Below, one piece after another: positions 15,524 through 28,877 of a DNA stretch of 64,000 nucleotides. The stretch comes from Octopus sinensis (lineage: Eukaryota). The first letter of the stretch is position 1. Each line of letters opens with the position of its first letter. The position numbers and the translations under genes are program-made. The stretch is from positions 103,912,001 to 103,976,000 of the forward strand of contig NC_042998.1 in the NCBI RefSeq assembly GCF_006345805.1, read 5' to 3'. The notes below the pieces were generated by a model. That model was not told where the DNA came from. It worked only from the letters and a program-made list of their open reading frames with translations, and searched no databases.

Positions 15524-15895
15524 TTATTCCTCCGCCTTACCGAAGGCGGAGATATTATTTACAGTCGTGTTTGTTTGTTTGTCTGTGGACAAGATATCTC
15601 AAGAACCGCTGAATGGATTCGGATGAAACTTTCAGGGATCTCTGGCCTCGTGACTGGTACGAACTGATAAGTTTTTGGTATCAATCCGGTGCCGGACAAA
15701 GAAACCTGGCTTATTTTTCGTTTTTTTTTTTTTTACTTAATTTTTGTGAGCGGTCGGGTTCATTTTTAGTATTCTCGTTTGTGAGAGCAGACGAGTTTAT
15801 TTCAGATATTCTCATTTCAAATATCATCTCTGGCTAATCGTTGAGAGGACATTGGTGTTGCCTTGGCGGAGGTTTGCACTCTCCGAGTGCTCTTG
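15524..15895 (+). mobile_element. HINE/DINE-1-like non-autonomous Helentron-type element
   Basis: 5' subterminal repeat cctccgcc with nearby inverted aaggcggag, (GTTT)n microsatellite, 3' inverted copy ggcggagg (15865-15872), then stem-loop gcactc-tcc-gagtgc. Confidence 0.7.
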
Positions 15896-16039
15896 ATACT
15901 ATATATGTTATTTCTCACAGATCTCGATCTCACTCTAGTTAATTCTGTGAAAGCGGACAGCGGCCAGTTGACAAAAGTTTCGCTGGGTTTATCAGGGTCT
16001 CTTTCCACGAATTATAAGAGTTGATACATAAATGTTAAG

Positions 16040-16510
16040 TATCTTGGAAGATACTCAACACCAAAATACCAAACTCCAAATCCTCGCTGTGTCTTAATAG
16101 AACAATCTTTTGCGCATGCTTTACTACCCTCATGTCAATTCGAATTTCTTCGACATATTTGCCAAATTCAGTTGCTGGTCCTCCGAGTGCCCTTACAACT
16201 ATTGGGATGACAGTCAATCTCTTCTTTGCCCACAACCTTGCAATTTCATTATCTTCTTCTTCTTCTTCTTCTTCTTCTTCTTCTTCTTCTTCTGCTCCTA
16301 CTACTTTTCCCTTTTATCCACTTCAGCAACGTCTGGTCTTCGGGCATCTATTAAAGAGTCCCTTTGGACTGCAAAATACCATAAGATTTTATATTCATTA
16401 TTCTCTGTAACGCCTTCTGGTTCATGTTCGTACCCATTTCTTGTTCTTCCAAGACCGTACCTTTCACATAATCTCCAGTGAACAAACTTAGACACTTTAT
16501 CGTGCCTTCT
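16040..16510 (-). mobile_element. Degenerate RLE-type non-LTR retrotransposon fragment (R4/Dong-like)
   Basis: RHD..SKFVHWRLCERYGL..YEHEPEGVTENNEYKILW..DARRPD, then VIPIVVRALG. Interrupted by (TTC)n. Confidence 0.75.
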
Positions 16511-16599
16511 TTTGTATTCCTTTCGTGCCCCTTTTGCATTCCTTGTTATTCAAACTATTATTTTGACTTGGCTCAGGTTTGCTCTTATTTCTAGTAGAA

Positions 16600-16880
16600 A
16601 TTATGTGGGTAGCGGATTACTACCTGTAACCTTAATTATCAACAGGTTTTCAGCTGTCTTTCAAGTGCTTAGAACCCTCCTGATAATCCTTGGTGTCCCT
16701 AAGAAGCAAACTTTCTGTGGGAGATCTACCGAGCATTCTATTTTAATCTCCTTCGGCCATTTGTCTATAACTTGGCTCACTGTTCCCAACGCACCAATTA
16801 TCATAGACATGACCTTTACTGTTCGCATATTCTAATTTCTTCCTATTTCAAATTTTAAGACATTGTATTCTTTTTGTTGT
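16600..16880 (-). mobile_element. Degenerate RLE-type non-LTR 3' fragment
   Basis: Minus-strand reading VKVMSMIIGALGTVSQV...LLRDTKDYQEGS resembles the C-terminal P.VIGALG..V motif of the neighbouring fragments. Confidence 0.5.
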
Positions 16881-17144
16881 GTGTTTTCTTCCTCTTTCTT
16901 TGCGATCCTAGAATCAAACGTCGTGCCTTTGTTTCTTATATTCTTCCTGTGCCAACTTGGGGGATTTTGTTACAATGTGTGCCACTGCCTCGTTCTAATT
17001 TCCACAGGCTCTACATTTTTCTGACACATTTCCTCCATATATATTTATTCGCGAGTCGTTTGTTTTTTATCTCTTGATTTTGTGTTGCTACAATTAGGCT
17101 TTGTTTCTTTTTATAATTGCCCCTTATTTAACCAAGCCCACGAT

Positions 17145-17158
17145 TTCTTCTTCTTCTT

Positions 17159-17189
<31 letters not shown>

Positions 17190-17233
17190 TTATTATTATT
17201 TATTATTATTATTATTATTATATTATTATATTA

Positions 17234-17264
<31 letters not shown>

Positions 17265-17292
17265 TATTATTATATCATTATTATTATTGTTA

Positions 17293-17350
<58 letters not shown>

Positions 17351-17355
17351 CATTA
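17145..17355. repeat. (TTC)n followed by long (TTA)n array
   Basis: Directly visible. Confidence 0.95.
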
Positions 17356-17559
17356 AAATCTCGGAATGGATCATTCTTTCCACATTGTCATGTCGTCTTT
17401 TGTATTCACGTTGTGCCAGTTTCTAGCATTCTCTGACGATGTACCATATTGTTATTATTATTGTTATTGTTTTACTTCTCAGAACGTTCGGTCTTGTTTG
17501 TACTAGTAGATGCTGCGAGGCCGGACCGCAGCCTGCCGCCAGAGGTCTCACAGAGTCTT

Positions 17560-18205
17560 TTTCAGCACATCATAAATTTTGATATTTGGTTGTTAATTAT
17601 CGTGGGAGACATTCAACATCCAAGTACCAGTCTCAAAAATCCTAGCTGTCCTCAGCAGAGTAGTTTTTAGACTTGCTCTGCTCTCATGTCAATTTCGATT
17701 TCTTTGATATATTCTCGAATTTGGTCGTCAGTGCTCCGAGTGCCTCTTAACTACTGGAATGACAGACGCTCTCTTCATACTCCAGATTCTTGCAATTTCG
17801 TCTTTTAATAGTCTCTACTTTCCAATTTTTTCAACTTCATTGTCACCTATGCGTATATCTCCAGGTATTGCAATATTTATGATATTCGTTTCCTTTCTTC
17901 CCTTATCTATCACAACAATATCTGATCTCCGAGCCTCAATTAGGGAGTCACATTGCATTGTAAAATCCCATAGTATCTATGTTCCTTGTTCTCGGTGACC
18001 CTGATTCATGTTCGTACCATTTCCGCACTGTGTTCAGGCCGTACTTTTCACAAAGCCAAAGGACGAACTTAGCCACGTTATCATGCCTCCTTTTACAGAG
18101 CTTTTCAGCTAGCTTGCTATACTCGCTCGCAATAGGTAAGATTACTTCGTTTTTTCTGCCACACACCCTACAAAGGGGCGATTTCCTGCTTTTATCTATT
18201 TGGAT
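17560..18205 (-). mobile_element. Degenerate RLE-type non-LTR retrotransposon fragment (zinc knuckle + restriction-like endonuclease)
   Basis: SPLCRVCG...KRRHDNVAKF...WYEHE, then ILWDFTMQCDSLIEARRSDIVVIDK..IAIPGD; stops and frameshifts present. Confidence 0.8.
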
Positions 18206-18274
18206 CTTGGTGTAATTAGTTCTGAACTTGTTCCTGGCCGCTGCATGTCAACGCCTCAGTGCATCCTTTCAGAA

Positions 18275-19355
18275 AAATTTTTAATTATTATAGATCTTCC
18301 ACCGAGGAGAGTGCCGGTTCCCAACAAAGATACAAGGCTCCGTCTCTCGGACGTAGTTAACACAGACAAATACACATTTGGAGCTTGAGAAAGTCTTGCA
18401 TATTTTTACTGTTTCACTCATAGATTGGACTTGTAATGTACGAATCAGCCAGTCATTTTCTCTTTCTGAAAATCCCAGTTTATTCAGATTTTCCTTTAAG
18501 CATTTACTAACAAAACCTAGTGCTTCAATTATTATTCGTATAAATATAAGTTCATTGTCTGGATATAGAAACTGAAAGTCTCGAAGTAGCTGTCCATAGA
18601 TATCCTCTTTTTCATTAATTCTCAAAGAGATATTATATTTTCAGGGCAGCTAACATCCATGATAGTACATGCCTTTGCCCCTCTGTCCCAAACAACAATA
18701 TCCGGCCTGTAATATTTACATTTGACAGAAGCTTTGCTGAAAATATTCCACCAATATTGCTTGAGTTGGTGTTTATGAATGTATCTCATAATAGAGGGAT
18801 TTTCTAAGTTTATTTCTGGACAGTCTTTTTTGCGGATGGCATAGTAAACTCTTTAGCAAGTACATCGTGCCGCTTTGGGAGGTAATACCATGACGACACT
18901 TGAGAACAGCTGCTAATCACATGGGTAATGTCTTCACAGAAACATGATATAGCTTACATATGCGGCGCAACTTGGGATTACAAGAGCGTCACTGTCTCTC
19001 TTGTTCACCAGGAACTTTGCGGCAATCTCTTGTTCCTGGATTGCAAACGCATAGCCTTCAAAGTGTGATGTAATGGTCTTTTGTCTAAGAGATGCTGCGC
19101 TTCGTGTCAATTCTACTGTCTTCAAGATTTTAGGCAATATTCCCATGTATGGTCGTTTTGTATGCTCAGTGCTTTCCATCCAGGTCTTCTCTGAGGTAAG
19201 AAAGCCCAACTGTTTTGAGGCTGAATAGGAAGAGGGTGTTTCTTGAGGAGTTGACTGCCTACGCGTATAATGTTGCTCACTTCACTTTTCAGGGCTGCAT
19301 TAATATATTTATTTTTGCTGCTGTTGTTTAGCAGGTGGTGCCTGAGTGATACCAT
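18275..19355 (-). mobile_element. 5'-truncated RLE-type non-LTR retrotransposon, second family, with 3' UTR
   Basis: TITSHFEGYAFAIQEQEI...HVISSCS..YYLPKRHDVLAK...YRPDIVVWDR..IMDVSCP...EKEDIYGQLLR...LQVQS. 3' UTR (ggagccttg...aaccgg) is shared with the copy at 34240-34780. Confidence 0.85.
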
Positions 19356-19767
19356 ACAGTAGTTTGTATGTAGGAATGTATGTGTGCATGTATGTATAAT
19401 GCAAGCAGCTGCGGATTCGAACTTGAATCTCTCTGATTATAGTTCTACTCGACGTGGGCTGCTCTGAGTTTCAGCAACAATAACAACTACGATAAAATCA
19501 CAGGTGATCACTGAAAAGAGAAAAGACACAAGGTAATGAATTGTGTCATTACTTTAGATTGTCTGACATTTTTCAGAAGCAGTTTTTTGTACTGTCAGAG
19601 GTCAAAACTTGAGGTGACTGTCAAATTCTTTTCGGTGTATGATTACCTAGTCATAGTCTTAGGCTTCTTCTTGCATTGTGAGATGCAGACTACTACTACT
19701 ACTACTACTACTGCTACTACCGCTACTAATACTACTACTACTACTACAGTACCTGCTGCTGCTGCTG

Positions 19768-19807
<40 letters not shown>

Positions 19808-22800
19808 CACTACTACTACTACTACTACTACTAATAATAATAATAATAATATAATAATAATAATTATCCTTTCTATTGGACGCGCAAAGTCTCAGATTTA
19901 GGGGAAAGGATTAAAGCGATTACATCGACCCCAGTGCGTAACTGGCATTTATTCAATTGACCCCTAAAGGATTAAAAGCAAAGTCGACCTCAGAAGATAA
20001 ATTGTTTTGCACTATTTGGTTATGATCCATTTCGTTCTTTCGTTGAGTTCAAATCTCAGGAAGGTCGAATTTGTCTTTAATAATTTCATAGTAAATAGAA
20101 TAAGGAACCGGAGTTAATACAATCTTGTATATGTATCTCCCCACATTTTAAGTCTTGTACCTTTGTAAGAAATTAATGTTAATTGATTAAAAGTAAAGAT
20201 TTAAAGTAATGCGATTATAATGATTAAAAGTAATGTAAAAATCATATTCCTATTTAATTTTACTAGTTTAGACAACGCATCTATCAGTAATATTATTAGG
20301 ATCATTCATCCGCCTAGAGATCACCTTAGAAATTTAGTTTATTTTCCAATTACGTAGATCCCTATACTTGAGAATGCAGGAACAAAACTTCCATCGAACT
20401 ATAATATATTACTTGTTTAGTTTTCGTTGTTCGTGTTGCTTTAATCTTGCCAGTAATGGTAAGATTAAAGCAAGACCAGAATATTATATGAATCGAAAAA
20501 CACTGTAGAGGTTTTGAGCATAAGGTCCTTGTACTTTAAATAACAATATATATCAATTTAGTTATTTTAACTCTAATACTAAAACAAAGCATTATTCCTA
20601 ATTATATTTCATGTAATTTACTCATCCATATCAATTTGCTTGGCTTGCTGTGTATGTTATTTGATATTTGCGTTCACATTTTAATCTACGCATATTCTCA
20701 TAATGATGTTTATTCAAACATATCAAATACAATTATTGATGTTACACTTTTATAAGAAATCCAGTGAACATTGTCCTTATATTCCATCAAAGGAGAATTA
20801 CAGCTCAAGCGTTTCGTCGCGATTCCTAAGATATTTTCAAAGAATTGTGTTATCAATTTTCAGTGTTTCGTATGTGTTTCTCACAGATAGCAATCCAAGA
20901 TTCCCAAAACCCTTGATGTTTGGTTGATTTTAGAAATAACAGAAAGAATTAATATAGCCAGGAAAATATAATTTCATCATAAATGTTGTTCCTACTCCAT
21001 TTGACTGATTTTCAAATCATTATGTACTTAGAAAGCATTGCTGTAGGCAAGTTTCTTATTGAAGTTCAGCTATAGGTTAAGAGGAAAAAACCGCTACAAC
21101 ATATGTAATTCACGAAATACGTGGTTTTAAACAGAAAGTGTAGACATAACTAAAGATTATCTCATTTAAAAATACAAATGGCAAAAAATACAAGAAAATA
21201 AATGAAAGGAATGATACCAAAATAAGAAATAAAAATTGAATATGAAAGTGCGAATATAAACTAAAAGCGAATGAAAGAAAGTATATAATAGATAAAATTA
21301 TAGGAATAAAAAGTTCGAATGAAAAACTGAAATGATTAAGTAAAGGAAGGAAAGAAAAGGGAAAGTAGAGCGATAGATAATTTGAAAGGAGAGAATGAAA
21401 GGAATATTCGGTGAATCGAAAAGGAAAAGAACTAACAAAAGTTATAAAAATATATAAGCAAAGATTTTAAACAATAGAAGAAAGAAAACAGATATGTGTA
21501 AAGCATTGCAATTCATAAATAAATGCCCTGCACTTAGAGACGGTACACGTAGGCGAAAAGGAGTGGAGAGTGAAAGTGAGAAGGAAAAGAGAGGAGAAAT
21601 ACAAAGGGAAAAGGATGAGAATAAGAGACAGAAAGAAGGTTCAGAAATTGAGAGAGGGGTAAAGAATACCTACGAAGGAAAATAACGTTGGTGTTAATCA
21701 TATAATTTTCCGATTGCCTTGAAATAAATACGTGCCCAGTATATGCAAGCAATGGATATTATGTAGATTTTAAAACAGAAACGTGGGTATTTGAGTGTAA
21801 TTTCATTTCTGGGACGCGAAGACAAGAAAGCAAAGAGGCAAACATGTTCAATATTCAAAGATCGCCAGTATTTACAATGGTAGTGACATAAAATTATTAA
21901 CGATCATTGTTCACTTATGTAAATGTATCATATTTCACTGCTGCTACAAAGCGTGCGCAAAACGGAATTGACAGATCCAATAGAACATCAAATAAAATGA
22001 TTTACGCTACTCGTTTCGGTTGTCTAATTTCAAATCCCGCCGAAATCCGCTTTGTCTCTTTGCCTTTCGGTGTCAATAGCATTTCTGTTCAAGCCATCTT
22101 ATTTCCTTCGATTGTATTTGTGATTCGAAGGGCCTTATTAGTCACACTGTGTCACGCTGATTTAGCTTGATAATTTCTGGCTCTGTCTCCAGACTGTGCC
22201 TGAATGGGCCAACCATATCGCATAGTGTCACCCTGGTTCAGGCTAGATTTGCGTTAATGGTACAGATGTCTGAGGAATAATCTGCCACTTACCTGGTAAT
22301 TTTACAAAACGAAATTCAATTGGTTAAACAACTGGGTGCTCATTGTCGGAAAACGACGAAGAAGTCACACACTTTTTACTACGCAGACCAAAGATAAACA
22401 TCACGTGAGTCAAACATAATTGCAATTCAGCTTAGTAGAGTTAGTTAACACACAATGATGACGTCATATCCTTATGTCCGTATGGCGTAGACAAACAATA
22501 AAATAAGATTAGCTATGCTGACTTAGCCTGAATAAATTTAATAGGTCATGGAAACACCCAGTATTAGGTTAGTTAAAGTTGTTTGTTTTATATTATTTTT
22601 ATCTATAAATTTATTTCACACAGTAAGCAATCACTTCGTAAGAATACTTTCGAAAACAAACAAGCGAGCTTCTAAGCAAGGACGTTCGATTTTCGAAAAC
22701 TAGCTGCCTATTTCCCCTCAATCCACATAAAATCAGTATTAAAAATGTACTCATTTGAAAAAGTAGTCCTTGATATCGACATAAATATGTTTATGGCATT

Positions 22801-23288
22801 GTCTCGGTTGCAACATTTTTCATCATAGTTCTACTTAGTCATGCTGGGCATGGGCTAAAGAGCAACAACTTAATAAAAATTTATAATATATCAGAATTTT
22901 TTTTTTAATTGCTTTAATGACAGGTGAGTTGTCAGAATCTTTACACCGTCGGACTAACTTCCGTGCATTATTTCTGCAAGCTTTCCGCACCAAAATCAGG
23001 TTTGCTTTTTCATCCTTTAATGGTCGTGAAACTAAAGGACTAGTTACGTATTAAAGTCGATATGATCGATTATTTCTGGCCCTAAATTTTCTGACCTGAC
23101 GTCGATGTGAGAAATTATTATTCTTAAAAGACTATTTTTACAATTATACTACTTATTCATACACACAAACACACTGTCACATACATAAACATGGGTACAA
23201 ACATAAAAAACAGTATGCCTAAATAACTGGAGCTTCGTGGCAGCGACAACATATATATGTATATGTGTGTGTGCGTGTGTGTCTGTAT

Positions 23289-23332
<44 letters not shown>

Positions 23333-23386
23333 TTATTTATATGTATATTTATATATACACACATATATATGCACAAACACACACAC

Positions 23387-23454
<68 letters not shown>

Positions 23455-24119
23455 AGGTGTACACGAAGTACGATCGTTGCTAGAAATAGCAGCCGGTACG
23501 TTTGCGGCGCTATGTAGAGCTTCACTGAATATTTACAGGTAGAGATGTGTGCAGGCGTTGAATATGAGGAAAATTCTGTCTTACTCTACGGAATCCGTAC
23601 TCTACGGAAATACTGCAGTTTCAAATTCTTCAGATCACGTGCGTGAGTGCGAATCTGATTGGGTATCGTCAGTTGAGTCTTTCATGAGCGAGCAAATTTT
23701 AAAATATCTACTACATTTCTGCCTGTTTACTCGGCTCATAGCCCCAGTCATAGTCGGAACCAAGATCAGGGATAAAACATGCACGAAAATATAAATATTA
23801 TTAAATATAAATATCCAGCAAGAATAACGCGGCACATATGAAGGATTATAGATATATAAAGCAGGTGAACACGAGGTGCTAGAAATAGCTACGTTTATGG
23901 TGCTGTGTAGAGCTTTACTGAATATTTACAGGCAGAGATGTGTACGGGCGGTGAATAGAGGACAAATCTGTCATACCTCTCCGGAGACCGTTAGAAGAAT
24001 AAAGAATAACTCAATACATCTATAGTGCTTTATTGTTGCTGGATATTAATATATATATTTTTATGCATACACACACACACACACACACACATTATATATA
24101 TATATATATATATATCTTT

Positions 24120-24430
24120 TTTTTATCCTTTACCTGCTTCAGTCATTAGAATGCAGCTATGCTGGAGCACCGGCTTGAATCGACACCAGTACCGTTTAGT
24201 CTCGTACTTATTCTATCGGGCTCTTTTGCCGAACCGCTAAGTTACGGGGACGTAAACACACCAATACCGGTTGTCAAGTGGTGATGGAGGACAAACACAG
24301 TTACAAACATATAGATTCGCATATATACATATATATATATATGACGGGCTTGTTTCAGTTTCCGTCTATACAAATCCACTCACAAGGCTTTGTTCGGCCC
24401 GAGGCTATAGTAGAAAACACTTGCCCAAGA
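24120..24430 (-). mobile_element. SINE family A, head missing
   Basis: Matches the body of the 9405-9786 copy (gccgaaccgctaagttacggggacgtaaacacacc; aaatccactcacaaggctttg). Confidence 0.8.
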
Positions 24431-24538
24431 AAATATCTGCAACTTAATGTGGATGCATTGTTAGAACTCCGAATACTTCGGCATTTGCTCTGAGAGATCT
24501 TGTCATGTAAACTCACGTTGCTTAAATGCAAACACATA

Positions 24539-25753
24539 CAAGGGTTGGAAAAAATATTGGAAACACCTAGCATGATAGTATCATAGTTTTGAAATATTTA
24601 TAAAACCGTCAAAAGCTTGTTTACTTTAATGTTTTTTGATTTATTATTAGTGTTGCTTAATATGTTTCGCTAAAATTGCGGTTTCTGTTCAGATATCATC
24701 AGAAGATAATTAGAATTCATTAAAATGGCAGATCTATCGGACTTTCAACGATATCAAATTGTTGGTGCTCGTATGGCAGGCGCTAGCGTAACGAAAAGAG
24801 CCGAAATGTTTAATGTATCAAGAAGTACTGTCTCGAATGTTATGTCAGCCTTTGAGAAAGAGTGAAAACCTCCTTGTCGAAATAAATCTCCGAAAGAAAT
24901 CCAAAATTTCAGTTCGGGACCGTCGGATTCTTACACGAATTGTTAGAAAGAATCACAAAATTACAGCTCTCGAAATTACTGCACAGCTTAACGATCATCT
25001 CGAGAACCTACGTTCCACAAAACCTGTTCACCGGGAGCTGCACAAAACCAGATTCCACGGGAGGGCTGCAATCAGGAAACCACTACTTTCAAAACAAACG
25101 TTGCAAAGTGTTTAGAGTGGAGTAAAAACCTGCAGAATTGGTCCATAGAGTAGTTGAAGAATATTATTTTCTCGGACGAGTCATCTTCACCTTATTTCCG
25201 ACCACCGGCCGAGTATATGTGTGGAGACAGCCAAAGAAAGCATTTAACCCAGACTGCCTTCTTCCAACTGTTAAACATGGAGGAGGATCTGCGATGATCG
25301 GGGTGGGGTTATATCTTGGAAATCCGCCGGTCTAATGGTTTCCCTTCATGGCAGAATTAATAGTCAAGACTATTTAAGCATTTTATCTGATCAAATTCAT
25401 CCTATGGTTGCGGAACTGTTTCCGGAGAGAAACACAATCTTTCAGAATGATAATGCACCAGTTCACACAGCTAAAGCCACTACAGTCCCCAGATCTCAAT
25501 ATTATTGAACATTTATGGCGCAGTTTAGAAAAACAAGTAAGGCGTTGATATCCTCCACCATCATCACTACAAGAACTGGAGACTGTTTTAGCTGAAGAAT
25601 GGACAAAAATTCCTTTGGAAACAATTCAAAATGTGTACGAGTCCATATCTCGCAGAATTCAAGCTTCAATTACTGCCAAAGGCTGTCCTACCCCATATTA
25701 AAATGAATTTGTATGAAAATTTAAGGTGTTTCCGTTATTTTGTCCAACCCCTG
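24539..25753 (+). mobile_element. Tc1/mariner DNA transposon, near full length, inactivated
   Basis: ~30-bp TIRs: left caagggttggaaaaaatattggaaacacct, right (reverse complement) caggggttggacaaaataacggaaacacct. TA on both flanks (24537-38, 25754-55). Transposase remnants inside. Confidence 0.92.
24725..25701 (+). pseudogene. Tc1-type DDE transposase pseudogene
   Basis: MADLSDFQRYQIVGARMAGASVTKRAEMFNVSRSTVS (paired-like HTH), HGRAAIRKPLLS, IFSDESSF, PTVKHGGGS, FQNDNAPVH and SPDLNIIEHLW. Contains stops, frameshifts and a deletion between the second D and SPDLN. Confidence 0.88.
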
Positions 25754-28700
25754 TATATCGTAGCAGACGAGAATTGTCTGAAATGGGTGTCGGAACAACG
25801 AAATGACGTGATTTCAGTATACAATTGTAGGTACCTGGTTACCGCAAACCAGCCTAATCTCACTACCAATGATATATAGAATAAGAATATATTTCAGACA
25901 CTGTTATTATACACATTGTTGGCAAACAGCAAACAGCTTATTAAAAATTAAATATATTAGCAACAGAAGCAGTATTAATACGAAGAGACAATCTTTATAT
26001 CTAACTAAACGTGGGTGTAAGATTCGTACGTCTACATGAGAGGAACTCTGTGTTCGAATGCCGCTATGTTAGGCCATCTAACAATACTTCCACATTACGT
26101 TGGATATAAAGGTTGCTTTTGGAATTAACGCTGCTCCGGTTGCTAGTATTTAGTTTTTAATAATACTGCTGACTATCTGCGACATCCTTGTCTGAAAAAA
26201 CACTGTTTCTCTATATATCGTAGGCAATGAGATTTAGTGATTTGTAGTGAACGGGCACCTACCACCGAAGAAGCAGAATATGCTGAAATAATGTGATGCT
26301 TGTATCTGTACCCATCCCAACCAACTCTTATCGGCTACTATATATGTGGCTGCTTTGAAGCACCGTGCGTCCATATGAGAGGAACTGTATACTGCTTCCA
26401 TCTCAAATATTTATATAAGTTATATATTATGATAATGTAACTCGGCTTGGTCATAATGGTACCAATAACCAATAACATTTTTCAAATGCCTCTGAGTAAG
26501 ATATAAAATGTACTAGCACTCAATTCTGTGTGCACAGTACCTTATAGCAGAAACAGCTGTAAAGAAATTGATTATACAATCCCTGATTTGATTGGTTATT
26601 GTTATGCTGTCATTAATACGTGTGTGAAAAAGTGGTAGAGAAAAAGAACAATAGAGTGAGAGAGACAGACATAGAAAGACATCGTATTCGCATGCACTAT
26701 GATTCCCTAATGATTTTTCTCTTTCGAGTTGTACAAACAGAGGGCCGAAAGATTGAAAAACACTACTGTCGCCAATGGGATTTGAACTCGGTACGCAGAA
26801 TTACAGAACTGAGGAACACTTAATTTCTCATTCATCTTAATATAGGGGAAAAAATTAGTATAAATAAACAAGATGAAGGTCTTGTTTCCCAGTTGACGTA
26901 CAAGAAAATCGACTTAGCTTTAAACAGGACATAAAACCAAGATTCATAATAAGTCCCACATCTTCAAAGTCTAAAAGACGATGCCATAAACTCTTGTATA
27001 AAGCAGATGATGTCTTCATTTTCACCTATTCATCAATCATTCATAAACCGGCGAGAAATAAATGATAAATCAAATAGAAAACAATGGGTAATAAACTTTT
27101 ATTGGAGGGGCGTCTCTTTCTCTCAACGTTTATTATTTCAGTTGGATTGTTTGAATGAAGATTAACATAAAAATGGAGCTCTAAATAAGAATGATTAAGG
27201 AAACAAAAAATAAATAAATAAACAAGATGAAGGTCTTGTTTTTCCCTTGATAGGTTAACTGATTATGTAAACGGGTACTTGATTTCATGAGCTACAGTAT
27301 TTGTTTGGAATTGGAAAATATGAGCTAATGATATTCGTAATGTTTAGCAACTTAAAAAACTTCAAAGAATAATCAACAAAACAAAACTTTAATATTTCAT
27401 CTTTAATGGGATTAATTTGAAGGCCATTTAAAGACCATGCTGTAAAATACTATTATGACTTTTAGTTGTAAAGAGAATTTATTCATGGTTAGCGGAGTTG
27501 AAGTTGTCACGGCAACTGTAATGGATATGGCTATTGCAAATAGTACTTGCGGAGTAATAAAACAGCGCTTCATAAAATAGTTCATAACAGCAGAATATAG
27601 CATAAAAATTATTAGTGTTTTTGTGGTTAAATACTTGTAACTTTCATGAGATTTCCGTTATAATTATTGACATTTAGTGAAGTTAATTAGTACATCTGTT
27701 GACATTTAGGTAGCATCTAACGACTTGCCTTATCAGTAAGAGAATTATTAATATTTTTTATCAGATTTCATGGTTGAAGCAATACAGTACCAGACTAAAT
27801 GCCTTACAGTAATTAGTTTTAATCTTCTAAGTATTGAGTTTAACTCTCCCTAAGTATCGATTAATGAATTTAATTGAATGGTATAACTATTTCGTAGCAG
27901 TATTGATCACATTTTTATATTAATTGATCGCACAAAAATACTTCTAAAATGTGATACATGTGTTTATAAATATGCGTAATCAGTAGAATATATTAAGCCT
28001 GGCGTAGTAGTATTTGTATAATATAATATTATACAAATATGTACCCGTTACAAACAAACAAGCAAGAAACAGAGTGAGATATCTTGTATATTTTTCCAAT
28101 AAAGCTAGAATGGTTAACTTTGAATTTGACTAATATATACAGTACAATATCAAAATGCAATAAACAATTATAGCTACGGTGGTTATGATCAGTTAAAGCT
28201 TCAGTAGTTAGATCTGATCGAATTTCAAAGATCTCCCATTGAGTGTTTATCAAGTATTACGTTTATTATTGATTAATACTAGGTTGACTCTAGCAAAAAG
28301 GACTTATGTTTCCAATGCTTGATACACGTGCACATCATTAATCAATATGTTTTGTTTTGCTTGGCGGTAGTATGTAACTCAAGGGTGATTTGGCTGCTCT
28401 TTCTAGCAGATCGGTTCATCACATTGAAACTCCGCTGTTTTATAAACGTCCCTTCACTGTCATGTTAGTGTTGGTTTGATAGATACGCAGTGTTTGTTAT
28501 CATTGTTAAAATAAATATTTCCAAACGTTAAAGCGTTTATCGTTTATTATTTCAAAGCATCACAACCAAGGCAGATTTTTTAAAATTTTGCATTTCATTG
28601 TTATACTTAGTACTTGTAATAAACTACTTCAGAATCCGTTACAAGTCAGATGAATGAATCAGAGAAGAAATTTCGTTGCAAGTCACATCGGTTCTAAAGA

Positions 28701-28877
28701 TATGATCAGTATCACTTACATGACAACAAAATGCCCCACAAATTTATAAAAGCTAAAATACTATAATACAATTAAAATCTAACCGGATGATAATTTCTAG
28801 TGAAATCCATTAACAAAACATTTTATATCAAGACGTTTAGTACAAATGTGATACGGAAATATAAATATATACACATA

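Noticed and set aside
25760-25820. CAGACGA...GAAATGACGTGATT HHR-like string beside the Tc1 TIR
   Set aside because: U4 altered, stem III mismatched and no stem I.
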